Below, one piece after another: positions 9,768 to 20,012 of a stretch of DNA of 64,000 bases. The position numbers and the translations under genes are program-made. The stretch covers positions 13,398 through 77,397 of the forward strand of contig CAZLKF010000006.1 in assembly GCA_964560085.1 (NCBI GenBank), written 5' to 3'. Within the stretch, counting starts at the first letter, position 1, and each line of letters begins with the position of its first letter. Below the pieces are notes generated by a model. That model searched no databases, was not told the origin of the DNA, and was given only the letters and a program-made list of their open reading frames with translations. Origin of the DNA: an uncultured Muribaculaceae bacterium (GTDB lineage Bacteria; Bacillota_I; Bacilli_A; RF39; UBA660).

Positions 9768-10547
9768 ATGGATTATACAGTTTCAAAAATATTAATAGGC
9801 TTATACAAAAATATTGAAAAAAATTCAGAAATCTTAACACAAGAAATTGTAGTTGATAAATTGTTGGATATAATAAAAAAGTACATGGAGAAACAGAACC
9901 CTGTATATAGTATTATAGAACAAACCACTTTAAAAACATCAATAATTACTAAGACATATTATCCTAAAGGAAAATTTAAAATATATGTTGAAAATAATGA
10001 TATCTATGCCACTTTGGAAATACTAATTGCTCTGATGATGACTAGAAATCAAGGTATCATTATAGCTGATCAGAATATAGAAATTTTGAAGCTGATTGTT
10101 GACATTTTCAATGATTTAACGCAAACAAAATTATTTTTAATTAATGATAATATTTCTTTTTTTGATGAAATTGTTTGTGTGGGGAAAAAGAGTTATTATG
10201 CTGAAATATTGAATTTTTGTTATAAAGATGTTCTTTTCTTTGGGTATGGCGAATATGACGTTTTTATGGCTGAGCATATGGAAAATAAATTAGAAAAAAT
10301 TAAAGATGAACAGAACTATGTTGTTTATACAAGAATTTCTTTGACAGAAGCGCTAATCAAGATGAATGAGAATGGTACAAATTTTACAAGCACAATTTTT
10401 ACTAAAGATGAAGAAGAAATAAAATACTTTGTTGAAAAATGCAACAGCAAAAATATTTATATAAATATGTTTCCAAGTAAGAAATGTTATTTAGATTTAG
10501 ACCTTACTAATTTTGTAAAAATAAAGAATATTGTCATAAGTAAGTAG
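9768..10547 (+). CDS. Hypothetical protein; C-terminus faintly resembles the ProA/aldehyde dehydrogenase C-terminal region
   Basis: RBS aagaaggtga. ALIKMNENGTNFTSTIFTKDEEEIKYFVEKCNSKNIYINMFPS resembles the ProA segment AI.HIN.YGS.HTD.I.T.D...A..F...VDSA.VY.NAST. At 259 aa it is too short for a full enzyme. Confidence 0.45.
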   Translation: MDYTVSKILIGLYKNIEKNSEILTQEIVVDKLLDIIKKYMEKQNPVYSIIEQTTLKTSIITKTYYPKGKFKIYVENNDIYATLEILIALMMTRNQGIIIADQNIEILKLIVDIFNDLTQTKLFLINDNISFFDEIVCVGKKSYYAEILNFCYKDVLFFGYGEYDVFMAEHMENKLEKIKDEQNYVVYTRISLTEALIKMNENGTNFTSTIFTKDEEEIKYFVEKCNSKNIYINMFPSKKCYLDLDLTNFVKIKNIVISK

Positions 10548-10554
10548 GTGTCAA

Positions 10555-12507
10555 ATGGAAATAAAAGAAAATATTCTAATTAGCATTGCTGAATCTGATA
10601 TTGAGAATGGGACTTTAGTATTACCAATTGGGATAAAAGAGATAAATGATTCTGTTTTTTTAAACAATAAAAGTATTAAAAAAATAGTTTTACCAAATTC
10701 TTTAGAAAAAATTGGCTCTAAAGTTTTTTGTGGTTGTCAAAATTTAGTAGAAATTTCTTTACCAGATTCAATTAAAGAAATTTCTGAAGAGACATTTAGT
10801 AATTGTTCGTCTTTAGAAAATATTAATTTAAGTGAAAACATTCAGTATATAGGAAGTAAAGCTTTTTATAAATGCGAATTGTTAGCGGAGATAATTATAC
10901 CAAGAAATGTTCATAAAATTGGTAGCTATGCATTTTCAAATTGCTTGAATCTTACAAAAATAACTATTTTAGGTTCAATTGAAGAAATAAAAAATGGGAC
11001 GTTTGAAAATTGTCAAAGTTTAAAAGAAATAATTCTGCCAAATACTTTAAAAAGAATAGGAATAGGAGCTTTTAAAAATTGTAAGAACATAAAAGAATTA
11101 AAAATGCCTGGTGAATTAAAAGTAATATGTATGAATGCATTCTGGGGATGTGAAAATTTAAAAAGCATCAATTTTAACGCGAAGTTAGAAGAAATTGGTG
11201 ATTATGCTTTTGGTGATACGAAAATTGAATCAGCGGATTTACCAAAAACTTTAAAAAGGATAGGAATCACTCCCTTTCACTTGTGTCACAATTTAAAGAA
11301 ACTGCAGATATATCAACTTTTAAGTAATGAAGTATTAGATGAAACAAATACGAAGATAAGTGAAATAATTATTGATACAAAAAAAATTGAGATTTTAAAA
11401 TCAATCAAAAAAATTATTAATATTGATCAAATAATATTTATTAGATATAAAGATGATTCCTTTGAAGTAATCGATAAAGTAAATAAGTATTATGATAAAA
11501 GTTATTTTGAGTCGATTTTTCCTAAATATGTGGTGAATATTTCTAAAATTATCCGCAATGATAATATTTTTAACATCTATTATTGGGAATCAATATTAGG
11601 TGATGAGTTAAAAGAAATAAATCCACTTGGAATAATTGCTTTACCGCCAAATATTAATACAATTAAGGCGTTTGCTAATAAAAGAAAATATTATGATAAT
11701 GTCATGAAAGATTACAAAGACAATAATATTGAGGAGCAAATAGCTCTTATTAAATTTATTACTGTTTTTAATGGATTGTGTAAAAAAAATAATACCAATA
11801 TCAATAAAATGATCAATGATATTGATTTACATAATATAACAAAACAGTTTAAAGATGTTTACATTAAAGAATTTAATCAAAAATTTATTGATTTATATAA
11901 TAAACTTTTACAAAATTATCCGATTAAAGATATCAATTTAATTATGCCATTTCTTTATAATAATATAGAAAAGGTAACAAAATTGAAAGATATTATTACA
12001 ATAGATCAAATAGAGACTTTGCAGTTGCAGAGTAATTTAGAATGTAAAAATTTAGAAATAAAGCATTATAAGATACCAAAAAAAATTCAAAATTATGATT
12101 GGCTTGATACGACTAATCCTATCAATCTATTATGGGGAATAATTTTGGCAAGTGTTTCTGGGCGAGACCTTGTAACGGCTGATTTAGACAGAAGTGTTCG
12201 CTCATATTTAATTAAAAATGACAAAGGATTGGTTATTGCTTCGTGCCGTGTATATTACAATGTTGAAGAAAAATACTTGCTTTTCAATTCGATCGTTTTA
12301 TCTCAATCTTTTTTAAATCTTGGATATGATTGCAATAAAATCAAAGATGTTCTTATTGAAACTGTTTTAGCTTCTATTGAAGAAACTCTTAATTTTCTTA
12401 ATGAAAAAGAAGCAATAATTACAAAAGTTCATGTTGGTATTAGCGAGAACAATATTCGTGAGCAATTATTAAATAGAGGAGTAAAAATAATCGAACAGAA
12501 CATATAG
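10555..12507 (+). CDS. BspA-type leucine-rich-repeat protein with an uncharacterised ~400-aa C-terminal region
   Basis: About 10 repeats of ~23 aa with the pattern I(P/L)..(V/L)..IG..AF..C..L..I over aa 20-250. No signal peptide is evident. Confidence 0.65.
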   Translation: MEIKENILISIAESDIENGTLVLPIGIKEINDSVFLNNKSIKKIVLPNSLEKIGSKVFCGCQNLVEISLPDSIKEISEETFSNCSSLENINLSENIQYIGSKAFYKCELLAEIIIPRNVHKIGSYAFSNCLNLTKITILGSIEEIKNGTFENCQSLKEIILPNTLKRIGIGAFKNCKNIKELKMPGELKVICMNAFWGCENLKSINFNAKLEEIGDYAFGDTKIESADLPKTLKRIGITPFHLCHNLKKLQIYQLLSNEVLDETNTKISEIIIDTKKIEILKSIKKIINIDQIIFIRYKDDSFEVIDKVNKYYDKSYFESIFPKYVVNISKIIRNDNIFNIYYWESILGDELKEINPLGIIALPPNINTIKAFANKRKYYDNVMKDYKDNNIEEQIALIKFITVFNGLCKKNNTNINKMINDIDLHNITKQFKDVYIKEFNQKFIDLYNKLLQNYPIKDINLIMPFLYNNIEKVTKLKDIITIDQIETLQLQSNLECKNLEIKHYKIPKKIQNYDWLDTTNPINLLWGIILASVSGRDLVTADLDRSVRSYLIKNDKGLVIASCRVYYNVEEKYLLFNSIVLSQSFLNLGYDCNKIKDVLIETVLASIEETLNFLNEKEAIITKVHVGISENNIREQLLNRGVKIIEQNI

Positions 12508-12559
12508 CATTTTCTTGCAAAAAAGTTACCATTGTATTATAATTTATTTGGTGATTAAA

Positions 12560-12898
12560 ATGAAGAATAAGAAAGAAGCAATAAGACTTTTAAATAAAAA
12601 AGAGAACGATACTTGCTTTTTAACTTACAAAGAGATAGCTGAAATTACAGGTTATCATATTAAATACATATTTAAATTAAAAAGGGATTTGCAGAACAAT
12701 AAATTGAAATTAGAGCATGGTAATAAGAATAAAAAACCAATCAATGCTTTAAGTGAAGAAGAGAAGCAAAAAATTATTAGCCTATATCGGCGAAGTAATG
12801 CAAGTATTCGCAAATTTTGTAAATTTTATAATACCCGTAGTTATTCGTGTATTTATAATTTAATTAAAGAATTTAAGGAGGAAAAACATGAAAAATAA
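12560..12898 (+). CDS. Small helix-turn-helix protein resembling the N-terminal DNA-binding part of a transposase (no catalytic domain)
   Basis: TYKEIAEITGYHIKYIFKLKR (HTH) then EHGNKNKKPINALSEEEKQKIISLYRRSN...IRKFCKFY. This resembles the HGN.G..P.N....E.K..I..LY N-termini of some IS-family transposases. Start moved to 12560 behind tggtga. Confidence 0.5.
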   Translation: MKNKKEAIRLLNKKENDTCFLTYKEIAEITGYHIKYIFKLKRDLQNNKLKLEHGNKNKKPINALSEEEKQKIISLYRRSNASIRKFCKFYNTRSYSCIYNLIKEFKEEKHEK

Positions 12899-14486
12899 CA
12901 TTCGTGCACTGATAGTTACATTTGTAGTAGCTAATATACTATTTTATATATGGTTGCCACCATTAAATCCAACATCATTTGAATTTTGGACATTCTTATT
13001 TTTTATATTTTATACATTTATGATAGTAAAGAATTTTTCTCAGGTATTCAGTACAAGAATTGTCAGCAAATCAATTAATCAATTACCGAAACAGGCAATA
13101 TTATATGCTATACCTTTTTTGATAGCTATTGTCATTTTGATTATTAATTTCTTTTGCTCACCAGTTATAAATTCTCAAAGTTATGCTAAACGTATAATTA
13201 TTGATGAAACTGGTAATTTTACAAAAGATGTGGCCGAAGTAAATTTCGGGGCTATACCTTTACTAGATAAAGACTCAAGCCAAAAACTAGGTGATCGTGT
13301 AATGGGTCAATTACCAGAACTTGTTTCGCAGTTTTATGTGTCTGATCTTTATACTCAAATAAACTATAATGATGATATTGTTAGAGTAACACCTCTTGAA
13401 TATGCAGGTTTTTTTAAATATTTATCAAATCACAGCGAAGGCGTAAAAGGCTATATAACTGTTAATTCTGTCGATGGTAATTCCAAATTGGTAAAACTTG
13501 ATGAAGGAATTAAATATGTTAATTCTGCTTATTTTTTTGAAAATTTAAAACGTCATGTTAGATATCATTATCCAACGGCTATATTAGGTACTGAAACATT
13601 TGAAATTGATAATAATGGCAAACCTTATTGGATTATTCCAATAGAAAAATATGCTGGAATTTCTATAAAAACAGAAATCAAAGGAGTTTTAATAGTTGAT
13701 GCTATAAGCGGAGCTATTCAGAAATATGATGTTAAAGATGTTCCAACTTGGGTAGACCATGTTTATTCGGCCGATTTAATTATTGAACAAGTCGATGATT
13801 GGGGACAATATCGTAATGGTTTCTTTAATACCTTGTTTTCTCAAAAGAATGTTGTTGCAACAACTGATGGCTATAATTATATTGCCTTGAATGATGATAT
13901 TTATTTATATACAGGTATAACTTCTATTGAAGCTGATGAAGCTAACATTGGTTTTATTTTAAGTAATCTTCGCACTAAACAAACAACATTTTATTCGGTC
14001 CCTGGAGCTGAAGAGTATTCTGCAATGGCCAGTGCTGAAGGTCAAGTTCAACAAATGAATTATACAGCCACTTTTCCATTACTCATTAATTTAGATGAAA
14101 GAGCAACTTATTTAATTTCTTTAAAAGATAATGCGGGTTTAGTTAAAATGTATGCATTCGTTGATGTGGCTGATTATCAGAAGGTAACGGTTACAGATGC
14201 AAGTGCTGGTATAGAACAAGCTGCAAAAAATTATTTAGAAAGTAATTTCAGTGAAATTGAAATTGATAAATTAACAACTAAAGATATTAAAGTGGTTGAG
14301 ACCACAAATGCAAATATTGATGGTACAACTTATTATTATATTATTGATGAAAATGCTAAGAAATATAGAGTTTCTGTTAAGGTGAACGAAGAGATAATTC
14401 CTTTTATTAAAAAAGGAATTGAGCTTACTATTAGTTTTAAACAAGAAAAATCAATAACAGAAATTTTAAAGCTAATTCAAAAGTAA
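12888..14486 (+). CDS. Hypothetical membrane protein (3 N-terminal TMs plus ~430-aa extracytoplasmic domain)
   Basis: RBS aggagg. 11-nt overlap with the upstream gene. No recognised domain. Confidence 0.6.
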   Translation: MKNNIRALIVTFVVANILFYIWLPPLNPTSFEFWTFLFFIFYTFMIVKNFSQVFSTRIVSKSINQLPKQAILYAIPFLIAIVILIINFFCSPVINSQSYAKRIIIDETGNFTKDVAEVNFGAIPLLDKDSSQKLGDRVMGQLPELVSQFYVSDLYTQINYNDDIVRVTPLEYAGFFKYLSNHSEGVKGYITVNSVDGNSKLVKLDEGIKYVNSAYFFENLKRHVRYHYPTAILGTETFEIDNNGKPYWIIPIEKYAGISIKTEIKGVLIVDAISGAIQKYDVKDVPTWVDHVYSADLIIEQVDDWGQYRNGFFNTLFSQKNVVATTDGYNYIALNDDIYLYTGITSIEADEANIGFILSNLRTKQTTFYSVPGAEEYSAMASAEGQVQQMNYTATFPLLINLDERATYLISLKDNAGLVKMYAFVDVADYQKVTVTDASAGIEQAAKNYLESNFSEIEIDKLTTKDIKVVETTNANIDGTTYYYIIDENAKKYRVSVKVNEEIIPFIKKGIELTISFKQEKSITEILKLIQK

Positions 14487-14524
14487 AAATTTAAAATATA
14501 GTTTAAAAGAATAGCGGGGTTAAA

Positions 14525-16402
14525 ATGAAAGATAATAAGATTATTAATTTTGAAAATATATTAATAGCTATATTTTCGATTTTAATTATTATTACAGCTG
14601 CAGTTTTATTAAATGAAAAGCCTAAAACTTATTGCCTGGTTAATATAAATCAAACAGCTCTAACAAATCAAAATGTAAAGCTATTTGTTTATGCTCGTGG
14701 TGATAATGCGAAAATTCGAACTGAAAATGGTTCAATAATCAATAGTGATTATTATGAACTTGAGGTAACGGAAAATGGAGAATATACATTTGCGGCAGTA
14801 TCAGGGAATAAAACGCAAGCGTGTTCTTTTAACGTTAATAATATTGATAGAGAAAAACCTAAAGTTTCGATAACCCCAAGCACAAAGAATCGTGTGTTAG
14901 CATTAGATTTGCAAATTTCGGCAAGTGACAATTTTGCTCTTGCAGAAAAACCGTATTCGTGGGATAACAAAACATGGACAAATAGTAAGCAAAAAAGAAT
15001 AACGGCAAATGGTACGTATACTATTTATGTAAAAGATAGTGCAGGTAATATAAGTAATACGTCTTATAAGATAAGCAACATTGGGAATCCTATAATATCA
15101 AGTACTTTAACGATGAATATAAATACAACGAAAAATTTGTCAGCTGATAATAATGTTGTTAAATCATGGATATCTAACAATTCTAATGTTGTGAGTGTTA
15201 CTACATCAGGGGTTGTAACTGCTAAAATTAGAGGCGTAGCAACCATCACAGCGATATTAACTAATGGTGATATGTATACATGGGCTATTAATGTAGTCAA
15301 ACCCAATGTCACGAGTATTGCTCTTAATACTAACAATATACAATTAAAGCCTGGGACGGCATTCAAAATTTTCATAAAACAAATAGTTCCTAACAATACG
15401 ATGTGCGATAATGTTTCTTGGAAGTCTAATAATACTGCAATTGCTAAAATCAATAATGGGACAATAACGGCTATTGCCGAAGGCACAGCAACTATCACAG
15501 TAATGTGCGATCAAGTTAGTGCTAGTGCAACAGTTATAGTTAAGAAGAGTGAAAATCCCATTATTCCTACCTCTAATACTAGAAAATATGAATCAGTTAC
15601 TTTGAAGTATTATGTCCAAAATAAGGGTGCATATTATTTAACATATATTTGGATGGAGGACCCTTATAGCCAAATAAAAAAACTTGATGCCAATACAGCA
15701 ACATATGGTCAAATATTAACTGATCAAGAGCTAACTGGAAAAACATTAAAGAGATTAAGTGTTGGACAAATGCTTGATTCTTATATAGCGAGCGGAAGAA
15801 TTCCTTTAACCAAGGGGTTGGTTGCTTTTAATGCTAGTGGGTTTTATGTGAAAGGTTCATGGAATCCACCATCAGATTATTATAATTTGAAATCGGATAG
15901 TTGGTTCGTCATTAATGAAGGAATTACAACCAGAAATGTTTTAAATGATAATCAGGCTAATCGAAATATTATTGGTATTGATGCTAATGGAATTTTAAAA
16001 TATTATGGAACAGCTGTTGATGCTAATGGCAAGACGAGTATTGTTAATGCTATTAATAACGATAGAGTTAGAAATACATTTTCTTTTGGACCTTTGCTAG
16101 TTCAAAATCGTAATATAGTAGGTGGTGGTTCGGCTTTCGCTCATCGCCAAGCAATATGTCAAATAAACGGTAATAATTATGTGATGTTAACTACTATAAA
16201 TAAGATTAGTTTAGACAATGTCGCTTCTGCGCTTTTAAATATAGGATGTATAAATGCATTCAATTTGGATGGTGGAGGATCAACTTCAATGTTTTATAAA
16301 AGCAATACAAGTACTACTGCTACAAAATATGTTTGTCGAGATGGTTCCACAGGTACATATTGTCGAAGTATAGTTGAAGGCATATATTTTGTTGAAAAAT
16401 AG
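14525..16402 (+). CDS. Surface protein: N-terminal anchor, Ig-like/Big_2 domains, C-terminal phosphodiester glycosidase (NAGPA/DUF2233-like) domain
   Basis: Big_2-like strings VVSVTTSGVVTAKIRGVATITA and IAKINNGTITAIAEGTATITV. C-terminal CINAFNLDGGGSTSM is typical of the phosphodiester glycosidase family. Confidence 0.65.
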   Translation: MKDNKIINFENILIAIFSILIIITAAVLLNEKPKTYCLVNINQTALTNQNVKLFVYARGDNAKIRTENGSIINSDYYELEVTENGEYTFAAVSGNKTQACSFNVNNIDREKPKVSITPSTKNRVLALDLQISASDNFALAEKPYSWDNKTWTNSKQKRITANGTYTIYVKDSAGNISNTSYKISNIGNPIISSTLTMNINTTKNLSADNNVVKSWISNNSNVVSVTTSGVVTAKIRGVATITAILTNGDMYTWAINVVKPNVTSIALNTNNIQLKPGTAFKIFIKQIVPNNTMCDNVSWKSNNTAIAKINNGTITAIAEGTATITVMCDQVSASATVIVKKSENPIIPTSNTRKYESVTLKYYVQNKGAYYLTYIWMEDPYSQIKKLDANTATYGQILTDQELTGKTLKRLSVGQMLDSYIASGRIPLTKGLVAFNASGFYVKGSWNPPSDYYNLKSDSWFVINEGITTRNVLNDNQANRNIIGIDANGILKYYGTAVDANGKTSIVNAINNDRVRNTFSFGPLLVQNRNIVGGGSAFAHRQAICQINGNNYVMLTTINKISLDNVASALLNIGCINAFNLDGGGSTSMFYKSNTSTTATKYVCRDGSTGTYCRSIVEGIYFVEK

Positions 16403-16403
16403 A

Positions 16404-16431
16404 AAAAACTTTAATATTTAAAGTTTTTTTT
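16404..16431 (+). terminator. Rho-independent terminator
   Basis: Hairpin aaaaactttaa-tat-ttaaagttttt followed by a T-run. Confidence 0.6.
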
Positions 16432-16508
16432 GCTTGATATATTATTTAAAAAATCTAGCAATATAGAATTATTTATAGTATAATTACGTTAGAATAGAGG
16501 GAGCTTGC

Positions 16509-18116
16509 ATGATATTAAGAAAACCATATGCTTTTTTCATAAAACATTTTAAACTAATTCATGGAATTATCCTTTTGTGCATGATTTACTTACTTTATAT
16601 TACAAGTAATTTGGCAACATTCTATTCACACGTTGCTGAAGTAAAAACAATTGTCGGTGAATCTAATTTACCTGATTTGTTTAATAAATATATCTATATT
16701 GCTATCTTTATCAGTTTGTTTTTAATTATTTGTATTATTATTTTATTGATAAAAAAAGGTTATAAGTTTCTATACTATATGATAAATGCGATTGCATTAA
16801 TATCACTTATCATTTTTTATCTTTTAGCATACAAAAATATTGAACAAATGCAAAAAGTCGTTGTCGAAGCAACAACATATATGGCATTCAATGATATTGC
16901 AACAATTCTTTTTTATGTTCAAGGAGCTTTAACGTTTATTTGGTTGATAAAAGCCACTGGCTTTGATATTAAAACGTTTGATTTTGGCAAAGATCTAATT
17001 GATTTTGACTCAACAGATGAAGATAATGAGGAAGTAGAATTTGATTTTGAATTTGATAGTAATGAAATAAAAACAACTCGTAAGAGAAAAACTCGTAATT
17101 TGAAATATTATTATGTAGAAAATCGTTTTAAGATTAATTTGATAATATTTATATTTGCAGTCGCTATTACTATATTTGTTGCCATGAAAATCGATGCCAA
17201 TAAAGAAATAATTTATACAGAAGGAACTGAACTATTGACATATCAGTATGGAGTCGAGATAAAGAAAACTTATGTTACTAATTTAAATTACAAATATGAA
17301 AAGAAATATGGCCCAAAAAATTTTATAATTCTTATGCTAGATTTAAAGAAAAATACTATTCAAGAGCAGGTGTTTGAAAGTCAAAATGTGATTTTAGAAT
17401 TAAATGACGAAAGGTATTATCCTACAACGGATTATGCCACAGATTTTTTAGACTTTGGAAACAATTATAACAAGCAAAAGCTAACGAATGATTTTGTTCC
17501 TTATTTTATGATATATGAAATACCATATGAATTCTCAAGTAAAGATGTTTATGCTTATATTGTTAATTATTTTGATTACACAAAAAAAGAATATAATTTT
17601 TATAAAATAAAACTTAATTATCAAAAAATAAATTACGATTACAATTATGAAAACTACGATCTTAATGAAGAAATGACAATCGATCATTATGGAATTCACA
17701 CCAATATTAAAATTACTGATGTTGAATTTGCAGAGAAATATAAATTGGTATACAAATATATTAATAATAATATTGAGTATGATTCAATTGAATATTTAAC
17801 ACCAATAGCCTCTGACAATGAAGATAAAATTATTATGAGACTAAAATTAGAACAGACATTTTCAAAAAGCGAACGCCAATATAAGTTTTACAATCTAATC
17901 ACTAATTTTGGGGAAATTGAGTATGAAATAGATAATGTAAAAAAAGAGGGAAGAATATATTCACTATTGACACCTAAAAATATAAATGAAGAGAATACCT
18001 ATTACATTGAAGTTTCAAAAGAAATACTAAATGCGAAAAAAAGAAATTTGAGAGTTAAAATAAGAGATCAAATATTTGTTTATGATTTGGAGGAAAAGTA
18101 TGAGGAAAAAGCATAA
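16509..18116 (+). CDS. Hypothetical polytopic membrane protein with large extracytoplasmic C-terminal part; first gene of the long co-directional array
   Basis: RBS agagggag. 4-5 TMs in the first 230 aa. Its 3' end overlaps the next gene by 17 nt. Confidence 0.6.
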   Translation: MILRKPYAFFIKHFKLIHGIILLCMIYLLYITSNLATFYSHVAEVKTIVGESNLPDLFNKYIYIAIFISLFLIICIIILLIKKGYKFLYYMINAIALISLIIFYLLAYKNIEQMQKVVVEATTYMAFNDIATILFYVQGALTFIWLIKATGFDIKTFDFGKDLIDFDSTDEDNEEVEFDFEFDSNEIKTTRKRKTRNLKYYYVENRFKINLIIFIFAVAITIFVAMKIDANKEIIYTEGTELLTYQYGVEIKKTYVTNLNYKYEKKYGPKNFIILMLDLKKNTIQEQVFESQNVILELNDERYYPTTDYATDFLDFGNNYNKQKLTNDFVPYFMIYEIPYEFSSKDVYAYIVNYFDYTKKEYNFYKIKLNYQKINYDYNYENYDLNEEMTIDHYGIHTNIKITDVEFAEKYKLVYKYINNNIEYDSIEYLTPIASDNEDKIIMRLKLEQTFSKSERQYKFYNLITNFGEIEYEIDNVKKEGRIYSLLTPKNINEENTYYIEVSKEILNAKKRNLRVKIRDQIFVYDLEEKYEEKA

Positions 18117-19353
18117 AATATTAATGTTTTTATTATTGGTTTTGACACCGATTACATTTGGTAGTGCAGCTATTGATGATAATATGGGATATACTGGTGG
18201 TGGTGGTGGAGCAAGTGGTAGTATTTCCAGCAATACAATAACAGCACAATATAAAGGAAGATATGGAATAAGGATGAGCTTCTATCTTGTTGATAAGGGT
18301 TCGTATATAAAGTCTGGTAATACAATTGATATTTGGTCTAGTAAGCAAACTCCAGATAAGCAAAGTACTATATGTAATGAGATATGTAAAAAAGAAATAA
18401 ATTATTATCATGGTTTAACAGAAAATGGCTACTCTTCCAAATTGGATTATATGACTAACCCTAAGGTTGGATATGACACCGATAATTCTAAGACTCTCAG
18501 TGCTAGTATGACAGCATATAGAGAAAATCAACGAAAATATATTTATTATGTTGATGGGCTTAATCCTGATGCCTTAAAATATGCAGATAATGAAAGTAAT
18601 TTTTCTGAATTTAGGAAACATTTTACAGATGCCAACATCATTAAGAAATATGCAGAAATAGCAGGTGCAAATATAGATATTAGAAAAGCAAATTATGTTA
18701 TTTTATTTGAGCCGGTAGGTTTTTTTGGATATACCAATAGCAATAAAAAAATTGTATACACTGATGTTAAAACTGGAATATATTCGGTAACCGAAAGAGC
18801 ACTTGCAAGAGATGGTCAAGTTGGTCACAAGAATTCTGGATCTTATGCAACTAATGCCTATTGTGTATTTCCTCACTTCATGCATTTAGTAAAAGCTAAT
18901 GAAGAACTAAACTTAGGAATAATTCCTCAATCTATTAAAATTTCAAATTGCGGTAGTAATGGGAGCAAAGGCAAAAATTACTCAACATATGAAATTGTAA
19001 AATATCTTGGCATGGGCATTATTACAGGAAAAGAAATTGTAATAAATACTATGGAAAATTACAAAGTTGTCTATCATCCGATTGATTTAAATAACCCATT
19101 TTTAAATAAAGATGGAACTGTTAGAGTATTATCTGAAAAAAGCAATTGGTATAATAAGCAAGATACAATAGACAAGGAAATATACAATAAAAAGCCATTT
19201 TTAACTGTGACCTTGACACCAACAACAATTAAGGAAATTAGGAATGAGAAAGTAAATGGCAAAAAGATAGATTACAACAATTTATCAATCACCACTTGGA
19301 ATAATTTTAAGCAAAAATACAAAGATATTTTGATTTATAATGTTGTTAATTAA
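18100..19353 (+). CDS. Hypothetical secreted protein
   Basis: RBS ggagga then the ATG at 18100. Signal peptide MRKKHKILMFLLLVLTPITFGSAA. Glycine run GGGGGASG. No recognised domain. Confidence 0.6.
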   Translation: MRKKHKILMFLLLVLTPITFGSAAIDDNMGYTGGGGGASGSISSNTITAQYKGRYGIRMSFYLVDKGSYIKSGNTIDIWSSKQTPDKQSTICNEICKKEINYYHGLTENGYSSKLDYMTNPKVGYDTDNSKTLSASMTAYRENQRKYIYYVDGLNPDALKYADNESNFSEFRKHFTDANIIKKYAEIAGANIDIRKANYVILFEPVGFFGYTNSNKKIVYTDVKTGIYSVTERALARDGQVGHKNSGSYATNAYCVFPHFMHLVKANEELNLGIIPQSIKISNCGSNGSKGKNYSTYEIVKYLGMGIITGKEIVINTMENYKVVYHPIDLNNPFLNKDGTVRVLSEKSNWYNKQDTIDKEIYNKKPFLTVTLTPTTIKEIRNEKVNGKKIDYNNLSITTWNNFKQKYKDILIYNVVN

Positions 19354-19389
19354 GGCAATAAATGTTATAATCATATAATAGGTGATAGT

Positions 19390-20001
19390 ATGAAAATAAA
19401 AATACTTGTTTTATTATTAATATTTTGTTCACCAATAATTGTTGAAGCAGAAGAATGCAGTGATCGTGAGATAGTTAATTTAAAGAAACTGGCTTCAAAT
19501 GTTAATTATGCTTATGAATATTATGAAGTTCAAAATAAAATGTATTTTGACATTACAATCAACAATGTTTATAAAGATATATATGTATTAAATTTAGCAA
19601 ACAACAAAAAATATACAAGTGAAGAGATTAAATTACAAAAAATAAGTGATGGTCAAGTCATAACTCTTGAAGTATATGCTAAAAATTGCCAAAATGAATT
19701 ATTAACAAAAAAAACTATAACTCTACCAACATTTAATAAATATTTTGATAATCCTTTATGTGAAGATATTCATGAATACAAATATTGCTCTAGATGGGGA
19801 AAATATAGCATTGATGAATCAGAATTAGAAAAATATACAAAAGAATACAAAAATAAGATTGAAACAATAACGGATGAGAAAACGATCAAATATCAAACAG
19901 ACATTAAAGGATTTTATGTTTTTGTTGCTTTAATATTGTTGATATTAATTCTCATATTGTTATCAATTTTTAAAAGAAAAAAAAATAAAAACATTATATA
20001 A
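19390..20001 (+). CDS. Hypothetical exported protein with signal peptide, 6 Cys, and C-terminal TM anchor
   Basis: Signal peptide MKIKILVLLLIFCSPIIVEA. C-terminal FYVFVALILLILILILLSIF followed by KRKKNKN. Confidence 0.6.
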   Translation: MKIKILVLLLIFCSPIIVEAEECSDREIVNLKKLASNVNYAYEYYEVQNKMYFDITINNVYKDIYVLNLANNKKYTSEEIKLQKISDGQVITLEVYAKNCQNELLTKKTITLPTFNKYFDNPLCEDIHEYKYCSRWGKYSIDESELEKYTKEYKNKIETITDEKTIKYQTDIKGFYVFVALILLILILILLSIFKRKKNKNII

Positions 20002-20012
20002 GAAGGTGACAT

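Noticed and set aside
14752-15498. Minus-strand ORFs (72 and 144 aa) inside the Big_2/phosphodiester glycosidase gene
   Set aside because: They are antisense shadow ORFs. The plus-strand frame carries recognisable Big_2 motifs.
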